Shown in pieces: positions 37,298-45,559 of a DNA stretch of 45,559 nt (positions within the stretch are counted from its first letter, which is position 1; the number at the start of each line of letters is the position of its first letter). A program made the translations under genes and the position numbers. Below the pieces are notes generated by a model that was not told where the DNA came from, ran no database searches, and saw nothing but the letters and a program-made list of their open reading frames with translations. Origin of the DNA: Patescibacteria group bacterium (lineage in GTDB: Bacteria > Patescibacteriota > Minisyncoccia > Minisyncoccales > JANBVM01); the NCBI GenBank assembly GCA_024239015.1, contig JANBVM010000002.1:8204-53762 (forward strand), given 5' to 3'.

Positions 37298-37729
37298 TTA
37301 TGTCACCTCATTAACTCCTTTTCCTAAAAATTTACTACTTAAATTTACTATAGTTTTTTTAGTGTCATTAGAAATTAACCATTCCTTTAGCAGTAAATCA
37401 TCGAATTGAAATTTGGGGTTCAGAAAATTGATTTCCATAGCCAAATCATAAACAGCATATAAAATATCTTCGTCTATAAGGGTTCCACATTTTTCCTTTA
37501 CTATATGCCCCACCATACGGATTATCAGATCATTAACATGGTTTTTCTCTTCCCCATAGTGACACCCAATAGTCATATTTACAAGAGTCAATTTAAGACT
37601 CTCATGAAAATAGATGAAATGGTTTTCTGGAAGGATTTCTCCAAATCTCACCTTTAAGACTTTCAGATAATCAAACTCTTTCTCAGAACAATTTAATAGA
37701 CCAATCAAGATTTCTTTTTCAACCATCAA
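37298..37729 (-). CDS. Hypothetical protein, paralog of the C-terminal part of 38197-38778
   Basis: LLNCSEKEFDYLKVLKVRFGEILPE...VNDLIIRMVGHI aligns with ILRCSEKDIDYLKILECRFKEILPE...VNDLIYYMLCHI. Confidence 0.6.
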   Translation of the reverse strand: MMVEKEILIGLLNCSEKEFDYLKVLKVRFGEILPENHFIYFHESLKLTLVNMTIGCHYGEEKNHVNDLIIRMVGHIVKEKCGTLIDEDILYAVYDLAMEINFLNPKFQFDDLLLKEWLISNDTKKTIVNLSSKFLGKGVNEVT

Positions 37730-37935
37730 TTTTTTTTACCTCTCTTAATTGTTGTTTTTTATTATATTTTTACTCGAATCGAGTAAATTTTTAGACTCAA
37801 ATGAAAGAGGGCGAAATCCAATGTTAGATGAGTTAGGTAAAAGAAAAAGGCTTGAACCCCTAATTAAACAACCCACCAGATTTAATACATAAAAAAGTAT
37901 GGTAACTTTCATTCGATTTGTCTACCTGTTATTTT

Positions 37936-38145
37936 CTATTTTTGGTTTAAGATATTTGAAATAGAGTTTTTACAATTAAGAGCGTAAGAATAGGGAATAT
38001 CTTTTGGGGGAGTTTCTACACAAGCCTTAATCTCTTCAGTAGTTAGTTGTTTTAAAGCATCAAAAATTTCTTTTGTTATTGGAGTGACTGACTTTAAAAC
38101 CTTCAAAAACTCTATCATTGGTTTACTTGGTGTATATTCTAACAT
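37936..38145 (-). CDS. Small hypothetical protein
   Basis: 69-aa ORF inside the co-directional operon. Confidence 0.45.
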   Translation of the reverse strand: MLEYTPSKPMIEFLKVLKSVTPITKEIFDALKQLTTEEIKACVETPPKDIPYSYALNCKNSISNILNQK

Positions 38146-38196
38146 ATGTTTGTCTTCTCAACCATTCTGGGAAATCCAGTAAAAAAATAAAAAAAA

Positions 38197-38778
38197 TTAA
38201 ATCTTTAAGAACTTATTCAACAGATTGACCATCTCTTCATGAATATTGGATGAGATTTCAAATTCTTTAAATAATATAATTTTAAATGAGAAATCTGGTG
38301 AATTCAAAGAATCCATATATTCAATTAGCTCATCACTCCAAGCATCTTCTTCATCGAAGTATTTTCCATACTTATTTTCCGTAATGTGACACAGCATATA
38401 GTAAATCAAGTCATTTACTTGATTCTTTTTTGGATTATAAGTTTCTAAAGCGAAATCTAAGTCTTCTTGTAAAAATTTAGACGCTTTTTCAGGTAAAATT
38501 TCTTTAAATCTACATTCAAGGATTTTAAGATAATCTATATCTTTTTCAGAGCACCTTAATATTGTTGTTAGCAAATGTTTCTCAAAATTTCCGATTTTAT
38601 TAATAAGAATCTCTTTGAGACACTCATTACAGAAATAATAAGTATAACCATAGCTTTGGGGATTGAAGAAAGACCCAACTGAAGCTCTTCCTTTTATTTT
38701 GCAAAACCAACATATATGTTCCTCATCTTTTATATCAAGATAATGAACCAATGGTGGTTGTTCATTTTTTTCGCACAT
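38197..38778 (-). CDS. Zn-ribbon protein fused to the domain shared with 37298-37729
   Basis: The N-terminus has CWFC...CNEC, followed by the shared CSEK[ED][FI]DYLK[VI]L domain. Confidence 0.6.
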   Translation of the reverse strand: MCEKNEQPPLVHYLDIKDEEHICWFCKIKGRASVGSFFNPQSYGYTYYFCNECLKEILINKIGNFEKHLLTTILRCSEKDIDYLKILECRFKEILPEKASKFLQEDLDFALETYNPKKNQVNDLIYYMLCHITENKYGKYFDEEDAWSDELIEYMDSLNSPDFSFKIILFKEFEISSNIHEEMVNLLNKFLKI

Positions 38779-39099
38779 TTTTATTTTAAACCTCTTTTTT
38801 TCTTTTATTTTTTATCAAGAATTATTTGGGGGAATAAAAAACCATCCCGCTTTAATCATTCGGATAATCTACAAATAGATTAATTATAAGTATCGACTCT
38901 AAAGCTAAGTTTGTTATTATTGGCATTTTTATTATCACTTCTTCAAATTTCTTTACTTATTTTGCTTTTTTCAACTCTCTTATTTCATTATCAAGGTCTT
39001 TAACTTTTGTTTCCAAATCCGATATTCTGCTTTCCAAATCACTAAATTGTCCCTCAAGATTTTCTATTTCGCTCATTTTCCTCATGTTTCTAATTTTAT

Positions 39100-39437
39100 T
39101 TATTTGTCATTGAAGGTGTTTTTTGTAGCTTTAATCCAATCCCTAATTTTTGGATTTTCTTTTACTTTTCGTATATGTCCTTTTTCTAAAAGAGTTATTT
39201 GACGGTCTATTTTATGTAAGACTATGTAATAATGCTTGAATAGATAATCTAAAGTGTTTATTCGGTATTCTAAACTACTGACTTTTTCTCTTCAAAGTTA
39301 TTAGTAGAGGTAAAATATTTCTCTAAAAGGTCTTCAAGTCTCGTGATTTCTTGTAAGAGATAAGTTTGACCCAGATATAAATGCTCTTTCTTAAACTCTC
39401 GTAGTTCATTAATCGTTAAAGATTTTACATTTACCAA
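39100..39437 (-). pseudogene. Coiled-coil protein gene needing a -1 frameshift at GAG-AAA-AAG (plus-strand T5 run 39283-39287)
   Basis: The first frame is TTG(39437)...VNVKSLTINELREFKKEHLYLGQTYLLQEITRLEDLLEKYFTSTNNFEEKKSVV-TAG(39270-39272). The -1 frame continues VSSLEYRINTLDYLFKHYYIVLHKIDRQITLLEKGHIRKVKENPKIRDWIKATKNTFNDK-TAA(39100-39102) and contains no start codon of its own. GAGGGT SD-like sequence lies upstream of the TTG. Confidence 0.35.
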
Positions 39438-39450
39438 TTTTGATTACCCT

Positions 39451-39780
39451 CTAATAGTAATTCTTTTTTATTTGATGTTGAGAAAGCCAATAAGCAATAG
39501 TATCAATATGGACATCTTGTTCTTTTGCGATTTCTCCCCTTTTTTTGTTTTTGACAATGTACTCTTCGTAGAGCCATTCCTTATTTCTATAATCCGTAGA
39601 TTTTGGTGTTCGTTTTTTAAGTGTGAAATTTGATGTCCACCTCCTAATTGTTCCTCTTGAAACCTTACATTCTTTTGCTATCTCCTTAATAGTCCGATTA
39701 TTTGTCATATATTCGTTTTTGAGCCACGACTTCATCCTGTATTTTGGTTTTGTGTATGCTATACTCATTTTTTTCAACAC
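39451..39780 (-). CDS. Double-HTH protein (two NKEWL...EIA...TI..W repeats)
   Basis: The two repeats are YRMKSWLKNEYMTNNRTIKEIAKECKVSRGTIRRW and YRNKEWLYEEYIVKNKKRGEIAKEQDVHIDTIAYWL. The stop is TAG. Confidence 0.65.
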   Translation of the reverse strand: MLKKMSIAYTKPKYRMKSWLKNEYMTNNRTIKEIAKECKVSRGTIRRWTSNFTLKKRTPKSTDYRNKEWLYEEYIVKNKKRGEIAKEQDVHIDTIAYWLSQHQIKKNYY

Positions 39781-39790
39781 CTCATTTTCC

Positions 39791-40093
39791 TTATTTCAAA
39801 TTTACATCGCCATCGCTCAATTGTTCTTTCAGAGACTCCTTGTTGGTCAGCAATCTGTTTTTTGTTTTTCTCATAAGTACATACTGATTACGAAGCCATT
39901 CTTTATTTTGATAATCAGTATGATAATTCTGAGGATGTTTAATAAGGTTAAATTTTATAGCCCACCCTTGGATTGTGGATTCAGATTTTCGACACTGTTC
40001 TGCTATATCTTTAAGTGTTCTTTTCTTTGAAATATATTCAACTCTAAGCCAAACCTTATTTCGATATGTTGATTCTGCTAATTGTAAGCTCAC
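39791..40093 (-). CDS. Double-HTH protein, paralog of 39451-39780 (GTG start)
   Basis: The two repeats are YRNKVWLRVEYISKKRTLKDIAEQCRKSESTIQGW and YQNKEWLRNQYVLMRKTK... Confidence 0.65.
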   Translation of the reverse strand: MSLQLAESTYRNKVWLRVEYISKKRTLKDIAEQCRKSESTIQGWAIKFNLIKHPQNYHTDYQNKEWLRNQYVLMRKTKNRLLTNKESLKEQLSDGDVNLK

Positions 40094-40242
40094 ATATCCT
40101 CACTCCCTTTCTTATTATTTTTATTTTCTTCTTCATCTTTTACTAAAGTCATAATGAAATCGTGCCATGTGAGTTTCCTCTTAACTTTTATTAACTTATC
40201 ATATTCATACTCCTCCAAATGAACTGCTACTGTTTTTACCAT
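40090..40242 (-). CDS. Small RHH-like protein (50 aa, below ORF-track cutoff)
   Basis: My translation is MVKTVAVHLEEYEYDKLIKVKRKLTWHDFIMTLVKDEEENKNNKKGSEDM*. GAGGTGA lies 8 nt upstream. Its TGA overlaps the GTG of the next gene. Confidence 0.45.
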   Translation of the reverse strand: MVKTVAVHLEEYEYDKLIKVKRKLTWHDFIMTLVKDEEENKNNKKGSEDM

Positions 40243-40260
40243 GCAATTTCTCACCTCTAA

Positions 40261-40560
40261 TTAATAACAAGAGCAAATGAATGGATTTTCCACATTTATA
40301 CCAAGAGAATTTGTCATTCGGATATATACTTTATTACAACATTCTTTCGAGCAATAATAATCACAATAAGCCCCCGCACTCCAAGTTGCTTTTTCATCAA
40401 TAGTTTTTCCGCATGACTCACACACCCGCGATAAACCTAATTCCTGATACCATTTTTTTTGATTCTTTATCTTAAATATCTTGATATTTTTTCTCAATTG
40501 AATTTTCCTCATTTTTGTTTTAATTCTAATTTTTAATAGATAGTAAGTTAGTATGTACAT
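40261..40560 (-). CDS. Cys-rich putative zinc-binding protein (likely true start at the internal ATG, 40512)
   Basis: The Cys clusters are CESCGKTIDEKATWSAGAYCDYYCSKECC. Confidence 0.5.
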   Translation of the reverse strand: MYILTYYLLKIRIKTKMRKIQLRKNIKIFKIKNQKKWYQELGLSRVCESCGKTIDEKATWSAGAYCDYYCSKECCNKVYIRMTNSLGINVENPFICSCY

Positions 40561-40572
40561 ATATATATAAAT

Positions 40573-40615
40573 ATATGCTGACTGTCAGATAAATATCATA
40601 TTACTATCAGCATAT
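40573..40615. promoter_or_regulatory. Inverted repeat in the divergent promoter region (candidate operator)
   Basis: atatgctga (40573-40581) pairs with tcagcatat (40607-40615). A nested palindrome ctgactgtcag lies at 40578-40588. Confidence 0.3.
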
Positions 40616-40890
40616 TACCAGTCTAAATATATGAGGAATGTATCAAATAATACCAGTTTAAATATTTTTATTATGATTGACTAATAAGTTGAGCGAAAAA
40701 AGTAAAGACCCTATTGTTAAAGTTCAGTGTAATAAGTACGGGATATTGATTCCAACAGACGAGTTCCCAGAAGAGGGTCTTTTTGTCTGTAGTAAGTGCT
40801 TAGGAAGAATAGAGATGATTTGGATACTTAAAAAAAGCTTGAAAGATTTCTGAAATGGGTTAGAGGAGATGGTCGAGAGGGGGAAAAGAA

Positions 40891-41166
40891 ATGATTAATA
40901 AACATGATTTTAAGGTTTTTAAAGGTTTGTTAACAGGGGAAGCATTAGAAATTGTCTTAGATAGAGAGAATTATAACAATTCTCAATTATGCCCAGTCTG
41001 TAATGAGTTTGAACCTCGTGGATTTTTTCAGCATTTTCATTTGTATACTGATGAAAAAAGAGAATACTTTATCACTCTTCATTCGAAATGCGTGTTTAGA
41101 GAGGGAATATATGAGAATTTAAATGAATTATTAGATGATATTGATTATATCACCTATTTTGACTGA
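40891..41166 (+). CDS. Small putative zinc-binding protein
   Basis: CPVCNEF...HFH...HSKC. GAGGGGG SD-like sequence lies upstream. Confidence 0.45.
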   Translation: MINKHDFKVFKGLLTGEALEIVLDRENYNNSQLCPVCNEFEPRGFFQHFHLYTDEKREYFITLHSKCVFREGIYENLNELLDDIDYITYFD

Positions 41167-41321
41167 TTTCTTATTTTCTCTTTTCGTTTACAAAATAAAA
41201 ACAATTTTACAGAATATTTTTCGTGTTAACGAAAACGATTCCTTCTACGAGGATTAGAAGCGTTAACGAAATAGAAAACAATTCTTCGGGGTTTTTTAAT
41301 GTTTATAATAATAAATGATTA

Positions 41322-41489
41322 ATGACTCGTCAAAAGAAATTTGATGAAGAGAGTGTAGTTCTTGGATTTAGAGTACCAAAGTCGAAAGAGGATATCTGTA
41401 GAGAAATAATTCAGAAATGGATAAATGGAAAGGGATGGGAAAGAGTCGAGGTTAAAAGACGAGTAAGAAATGCTAATGGAGGTAATTAA
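41322..41489 (+). CDS. Small basic protein, possibly RHH-like (55 aa, below ORF-track cutoff)
   Basis: My translation is MTRQKKFDEESVVLGFRVPKSKEDICREIIQKWINGKGWERVEVKRRVRNANGGN*. Confidence 0.3.
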   Translation: MTRQKKFDEESVVLGFRVPKSKEDICREIIQKWINGKGWERVEVKRRVRNANGGN

Positions 41490-41495
41490 TGAAAA

Positions 41496-41789
41496 ATGCT
41501 AGTTATTGAATATAGGATTAAGAAAAAAAAGCATGTTAAAATGGCTTCTATAGATAATATGTTTAGAAGGCAAGTACTTGTCCAATTTTTAAATAATACC
41601 TTTAAAGATGAAAATGCGGAGCTTTTAGATATTTATATGGAAGAAGACAGGAAAAAAGAAGACACGGAAATAAAGGCGGATGTCGTTGTTTATCAAAATA
41701 CTGGAAAGCCTTCGCTCCCAGATAATCTGAAAAATCGAGTTGATGATTTCAAATTGAGATTGAAAGACTATAATAGCTATAATCTTTAA
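41496..41789 (+). CDS. Hypothetical protein (start possibly the internal ATG at 41541)
   Basis: 97-aa ORF with no recognisable motif. Confidence 0.4.
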   Translation: MLVIEYRIKKKKHVKMASIDNMFRRQVLVQFLNNTFKDENAELLDIYMEEDRKKEDTEIKADVVVYQNTGKPSLPDNLKNRVDDFKLRLKDYNSYNL

Positions 41790-41977
41790 ATTTCTTCGGT
41801 ATATTTATCGATTTTGAATCGTGCTAAAATAATCTGATAATAGACATAATCACCATTGATATTTGGTCTTAGATACCCTTTATCGTTAAAGGAGCTTAAA
41901 GTTTTTAGAAAGGCTTTTTTCTTATGTTTATGTCCTGATTTGAAATTATAAAATTTATAGATATGTTCAGGTCGCAC
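41786..41977 (-). CDS. Small basic hypothetical protein (GTG start)
   Basis: 63-aa ORF, convergent with and overlapping the end of 41496-41789 by 4 nt. Confidence 0.3.
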   Translation of the reverse strand: MRPEHIYKFYNFKSGHKHKKKAFLKTLSSFNDKGYLRPNINGDYVYYQIILARFKIDKYTEEI

Positions 41978-42091
41978 TATTAAAATATTTGAATTTTTTA
42001 AATAATGTAAGAAATCTAATACATCCTTTCTAATTGCATTTGAACTTTGAGATTTACCCTTTATTGAAATACAGTCACACCATTATTTTTC

Positions 42092-42436
42092 TTAAGGGAT
42101 GAGATTCTTATGGCTTTTTTTGAGCCAATAGGTAATAGACTTATTAAGAAAATCGTTAAACACAACAAATTTTTCAAACTCTTGCCCAATTAGGAAGTTT
42201 TTGTCAACTGTCCAAGAATCTCGAATCTTACAATTAAAACCTCTCTCTAAAAGTGTGTTGATTAAGACCTCCATCTCTTTTTTAGGAAAAGTAAATTTAA
42301 TATCTTTACTACAAACTTTTGTAAAGTACATATCAAGTCCATCAAACCATATGTGAGTCTGTTGTCCAAACTTATCTGAAGTAAATCCTATTTCCTCTCC
42401 AAACATACTATCTAATTTTACTTGTGTTTTCTTCAT
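42092..42436 (-). CDS. Hypothetical protein
   Basis: 114-aa ORF located 2 nt after the upstream gene. Confidence 0.5.
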   Translation of the reverse strand: MKKTQVKLDSMFGEEIGFTSDKFGQQTHIWFDGLDMYFTKVCSKDIKFTFPKKEMEVLINTLLERGFNCKIRDSWTVDKNFLIGQEFEKFVVFNDFLNKSITYWLKKSHKNLIP

Positions 42437-42438
42437 AA

Positions 42439-42744
42439 TTAGTCAACTATAGTCTGTGGTATGGGATCTTTACAAAATTCACAATTAGAAACAGTTTTAA
42501 CTTCATCGGAATAATTAATGGGATGTTCATGTTCGATATTATGTTCGTCTCGTAGCTTTGGGATAAGGTTTTCATAACACCCGTAGCAGACAATAAGATT
42601 TGTCTCTCCGTCTTTACTAATAAGTTCATAACCAGTAACTTCAAAATCATGCATACTTATGTTTCTAAGAGAAATCTTATAAAATACGTGTAATTGCAGA
42701 TTTAGGTTGATAGAGATTTTGTCGTAAAATCGACAGAAAGGCAC
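42439..42744 (-). CDS. Zinc-ribbon-like protein (likely start at the internal ATG, 42654)
   Basis: CYGCYENL...CEFCKDP. Confidence 0.5.
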   Translation of the reverse strand: MPFCRFYDKISINLNLQLHVFYKISLRNISMHDFEVTGYELISKDGETNLIVCYGCYENLIPKLRDEHNIEHEHPINYSDEVKTVSNCEFCKDPIPQTIVD

Positions 42745-42831
42745 TAAACAAGGGGTTTAAATCATGGTTTATAGAAAAAAATATACCAAACTTTAAATAA
42801 AATTTAGAACCATTTAATTAGGGGAAGCCAT

Positions 42832-44061
42832 ATGCGAATAAGTAAAAAATCTGGTTTATTACTTTTTATTGTGGCTTTTTCTGTAGGATTTTGTTTTATA
42901 AGTTCCGTTGTAGCGTTTGAAAATGATTCCTATGAGTCTAATTATGCGGAATGGAGATTTTCAAATGGTCAGCCTTATCTTTATGTATCAGCAGATAGCT
43001 ATTATACACTTGGATATTTAGAAGGGCAAAATTTAGCATTTCAAACAGCTTGGATGAAATTAATGATTATGCTCCAAGCTGAACAAATAGGGTTCTCTTA
43101 TGATATCGCGGTATATTATGCTTTAGATTATCTCGATTACATTCCAGAGGAATACATACTTGAAATGAATGGAATCGCTGACGCTATTGATTATGTATTG
43201 ATTCCTTTTATGAGTGTTGTTTATAATATCACTATTGATTTCTTGGATGTCTTAGCTCAGAATACTTTCTGGGATATTTACTATGGTAAGATTGTGCCGA
43301 TGCTTTCTGGATACCCTCAACCCCCGTTAATAAGTGCTGGTTGTACTGCTATCGGTTCCAATACTGGGAAAAAAGCAATTTTAGGTCAGACAATCGACAT
43401 TTCACTTCTTATGCAACCTACTGCATCTTGGGTTTATACAAAAATTCAAGGAAAGAAAGTATTTTCTTTCAGAACGGGTAGTATGTTAGCAATGGGGGGA
43501 GTTAATAAGAGGGGCCTTGCTATTTCAGTCAACCTACTCGAAGTGCTTAATATTGGTAGTATAGGAAAACCTCTTTCCGTAATCTATAGAAGTGCATTAG
43601 AAAACGCTAAAAATGTTCGACAAGCTAAGAATATTATTCTTGATAACGATTTTACATTAGGTTGGAATTTCATCATTCGAGACAAAAGACATGTAGTAGC
43701 AATTGAAACTATTCCTAATTCTTATAGTTTTGAGAGGACTAGAAAAGGAAGTTATACATTTGACGCAAACATATATGAGAATCCTTATTTCAAGATGTTT
43801 ATGATATATCCTACGAAATATGTAGAACGATATAATCGAGTCTCAGAATTATGTCAAACCTATAGCCAAGACGGAAAATTAGACATCAACGATTTATTTG
43901 AAATTTATTCAGACACCCTGATATCACGAAGATATACTTCTCCAGACCCATTAAGTGTAGGCACTGCAGGGTCGTTCTTTGTTGACACTAAGAATAATGT
44001 ATATTTTTCTTTAGGAAATCCATTAGATTCAACATTAGGCGTAATTTCATCATTCAATTAA
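42832..44061 (+). CDS. Secreted/membrane-anchored Ntn-hydrolase (peptidase C45 / acyl-CoA:6-APA acyltransferase-like)
   Basis: The N-terminal signal/anchor is KKSGLLLFIVAFSVGFCFISSVVA. The candidate autoprocessing site and nucleophile is SAG-CTAIGS, followed by ILGQTIDI. GGVNKRGLAISVNL resembles the GxNexGL motif of this fold. Confidence 0.6.
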   Translation: MRISKKSGLLLFIVAFSVGFCFISSVVAFENDSYESNYAEWRFSNGQPYLYVSADSYYTLGYLEGQNLAFQTAWMKLMIMLQAEQIGFSYDIAVYYALDYLDYIPEEYILEMNGIADAIDYVLIPFMSVVYNITIDFLDVLAQNTFWDIYYGKIVPMLSGYPQPPLISAGCTAIGSNTGKKAILGQTIDISLLMQPTASWVYTKIQGKKVFSFRTGSMLAMGGVNKRGLAISVNLLEVLNIGSIGKPLSVIYRSALENAKNVRQAKNIILDNDFTLGWNFIIRDKRHVVAIETIPNSYSFERTRKGSYTFDANIYENPYFKMFMIYPTKYVERYNRVSELCQTYSQDGKLDINDLFEIYSDTLISRRYTSPDPLSVGTAGSFFVDTKNNVYFSLGNPLDSTLGVISSFN

Positions 44062-44228
44062 AAAACAAAATGTTTTAGAAAAAGTTTACAAACCAAAATC
44101 CTTTTTTTTTATTCTTTCTTTCAGGAGAAAAATAGAGATTTTTAAATCGTAATTATAATCATAAGTTTCAATTTTACTATTATTGTTAATACTCACAATT
44201 TTCAATTAATTCTTGCTCCATTAAAATA

Positions 44229-44702
44229 TCAATCCATTATATCATCTTCATTATCCAAATCTATCTTTAGAAAAAGACCCAATTCATAATTTAAAGGTTC
44301 TGTTGTAAATGCTATAAGTTTATTTCTATCAACGGTTTCAGAACTAGAGCTCGAGGATTTCTTAACTTCAATGACCAAAATATTTTTTCCATGTGGTCCT
44401 CGTTCATGTATATTAATATCAGGAATAACAGGACTTAACTTAGTATCATCCCAATTATTATTATCCGTTGGAAGTTCCAGTCTCTTAACAATATCCTCAA
44501 TATCTCTCCTTTTAAAACGATTATATTCACAATCAACATTGAATTCAGGAATATGTTGTTGCAAATATTCTGCTAATTTATGTGTAATAGTTCTCTCATT
44601 AACTTCTTCATCAAGTAAATACCTATCCAGTCTTCTTAATTTTTGTAAACAGCAATTAATTATATTTTCTAATTCGGCTTTTGTGAAGGTTCCATTATAC
44701 AT
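44229..44702 (-). CDS. PD-(D/E)xK nuclease-like protein
   Basis: ERTITHKLAEYL...VDCEYNR...PDINIHERG...NILVIEVKK gives a helix-E, D, ExK arrangement. Confidence 0.5.
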   Translation of the reverse strand: MYNGTFTKAELENIINCCLQKLRRLDRYLLDEEVNERTITHKLAEYLQQHIPEFNVDCEYNRFKRRDIEDIVKRLELPTDNNNWDDTKLSPVIPDINIHERGPHGKNILVIEVKKSSSSSSETVDRNKLIAFTTEPLNYELGLFLKIDLDNEDDIMD

Positions 44703-44887
44703 AATGATCTATTTAATTTTTTTAATTAATTTTTGTCTTCCCCTAGAATATGCTCAACAAAAATATATCTTTTTAATCAAAAGTTTCACTTTTTATATAT
44801 ATTAAAACCTAATTAATATTGACGAAAATAAAGGATCGATATCACATACAACGAAATAGAAGGTTAATTTTGAAATCTAAAATTAAT

Positions 44888-44907
44888 GATAAAAAGAAAA
44901 CGAATTA
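44888..44907. repeat. 20-bp perfect direct repeat, copy 1
   Basis: gataaaaagaaaacgaatta, identical to 45228-45247. Confidence 0.7.
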
Positions 44908-44909
44908 TT

Positions 44910-45188
44910 TCAAAAATTAAAAAGCTCTTTATATCCATTTGCATATTCATTGACTTCGACACTCCCAATACGACATTCTAAATCTTCAATAATTTTGACA
45001 ATAGGATTTACATTAGCAATTTTACACAACTCAACATATTTATTGAATATCTCCGCCGGGATGTCAACCTTCATTGTCTCAACAGAAGTCAAACAATCAC
45101 CTCCTTTATAAATTTTAATAATATTCTTAACTCGGTCAATAAGCGTTGTAAACCTAATTTTATAAGCTTCATCGGGTAACTGAATCAT
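44910..45188 (-). CDS. Hypothetical protein
   Basis: 92-aa ORF bracketed by the 20-bp direct repeat. Confidence 0.45.
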   Translation of the reverse strand: MIQLPDEAYKIRFTTLIDRVKNIIKIYKGGDCLTSVETMKVDIPAEIFNKYVELCKIANVNPIVKIIEDLECRIGSVEVNEYANGYKELFNF

Positions 45189-45227
45189 ATCAATTTTGTC
45201 GGAATTATATTAAAATTAAAAAAGAAG

Positions 45228-45247
45228 GATAAAAAGAAAACGAATTA
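45228..45247. repeat. 20-bp perfect direct repeat, copy 2
   Basis: gataaaaagaaaacgaatta, identical to 44888-44907. Confidence 0.7.
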
Positions 45248-45559
45248 AAAAAAAATTAAGAATTAATTATATTATCTATTTCTTTACGGAAATATCCATA
45301 TGACATTTCGTCATAATAATAGGCTCTCTTAATCATACAATAATAGCCAATTGTTATAGTTTTGCCTTCTTTTAATGTTTTATCAGCGAATAATACAAGC
45401 TAAAATTACGGATATTTATGATTCAAGACTTAATTCCATAGGTCTGAATCCCTCAATATTCCGTAGATTCTTAAGAAAATGGCGTAAAAAACATTTTAAC
45501 CACAAAAATGAATAGTTAGATTTCTTGTATTTTAAATATTACGGTTAAGATTAGTAATA

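Noticed and set aside
1-45559. CRISPR arrays, rRNA/tRNA genes, Borg-style perfect tandem repeats, and long terminal inverted repeats.
   Set aside because: Reading through the intergenic regions, I saw no regularly spaced repeat-spacer structure, no cloverleaf-capable GC islands and no multi-copy tandem units. This was a by-eye scan, not an exhaustive computation.

Overview
This is a strongly AT-rich window that looks archaeal. It encodes TFB/TFIIB, Orc1/Cdc6, a FlaJ/TadC-like pilus platform protein and a small protein with a class-III-like signal peptide. Genes have GAGG-type ribosome-binding sites and often start with TTG or GTG. I found no rRNA, tRNA or CRISPR array, and almost everything looks accessory or mobile. 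The left part (about 0.2-12 kb) holds a tnpB-only IS200/IS605-type element, RHH and AbrB regulators, and a plus-strand defence-like island. That island contains a multi-HTH protein, a pol-beta nucleotidyltransferase, a wHTH gene joined through a single in-frame TAG to a CARF/Csa3-like Rossmann domain, and a 1046-aa TPR protein ending in an HEPN R-N-x3-H motif. A convergent HNH protein closes the island. From about 12.9 kb to the window end the content resembles a plasmid, provirus or integrated element. It includes a seven-gene minus-strand membrane/ATPase cluster (membrane-fused VirB4/HerA-like ATPase plus VirB11/FlaI-like ATPase), a two-gene DUF4238-like module, and a TFB + Orc1/Cdc6 + wHTH replication/transcription block with an iteron-bearing candidate origin. 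It also includes a FlaJ/TadC-like platform with a mini pilin candidate, a TnpB-like gene broken by one in-frame TAA, a long operon of tiny Zn-ribbon/RHH/HTH proteins with internal paralogs, a secreted Ntn (C45-like) hydrolase and a PD-(D/E)xK-like nuclease. No integrase, relaxase or att site was recognised, so element borders and integrated versus episomal state are open. All product calls rest on motifs read by eye from the translations, and none is a database result.
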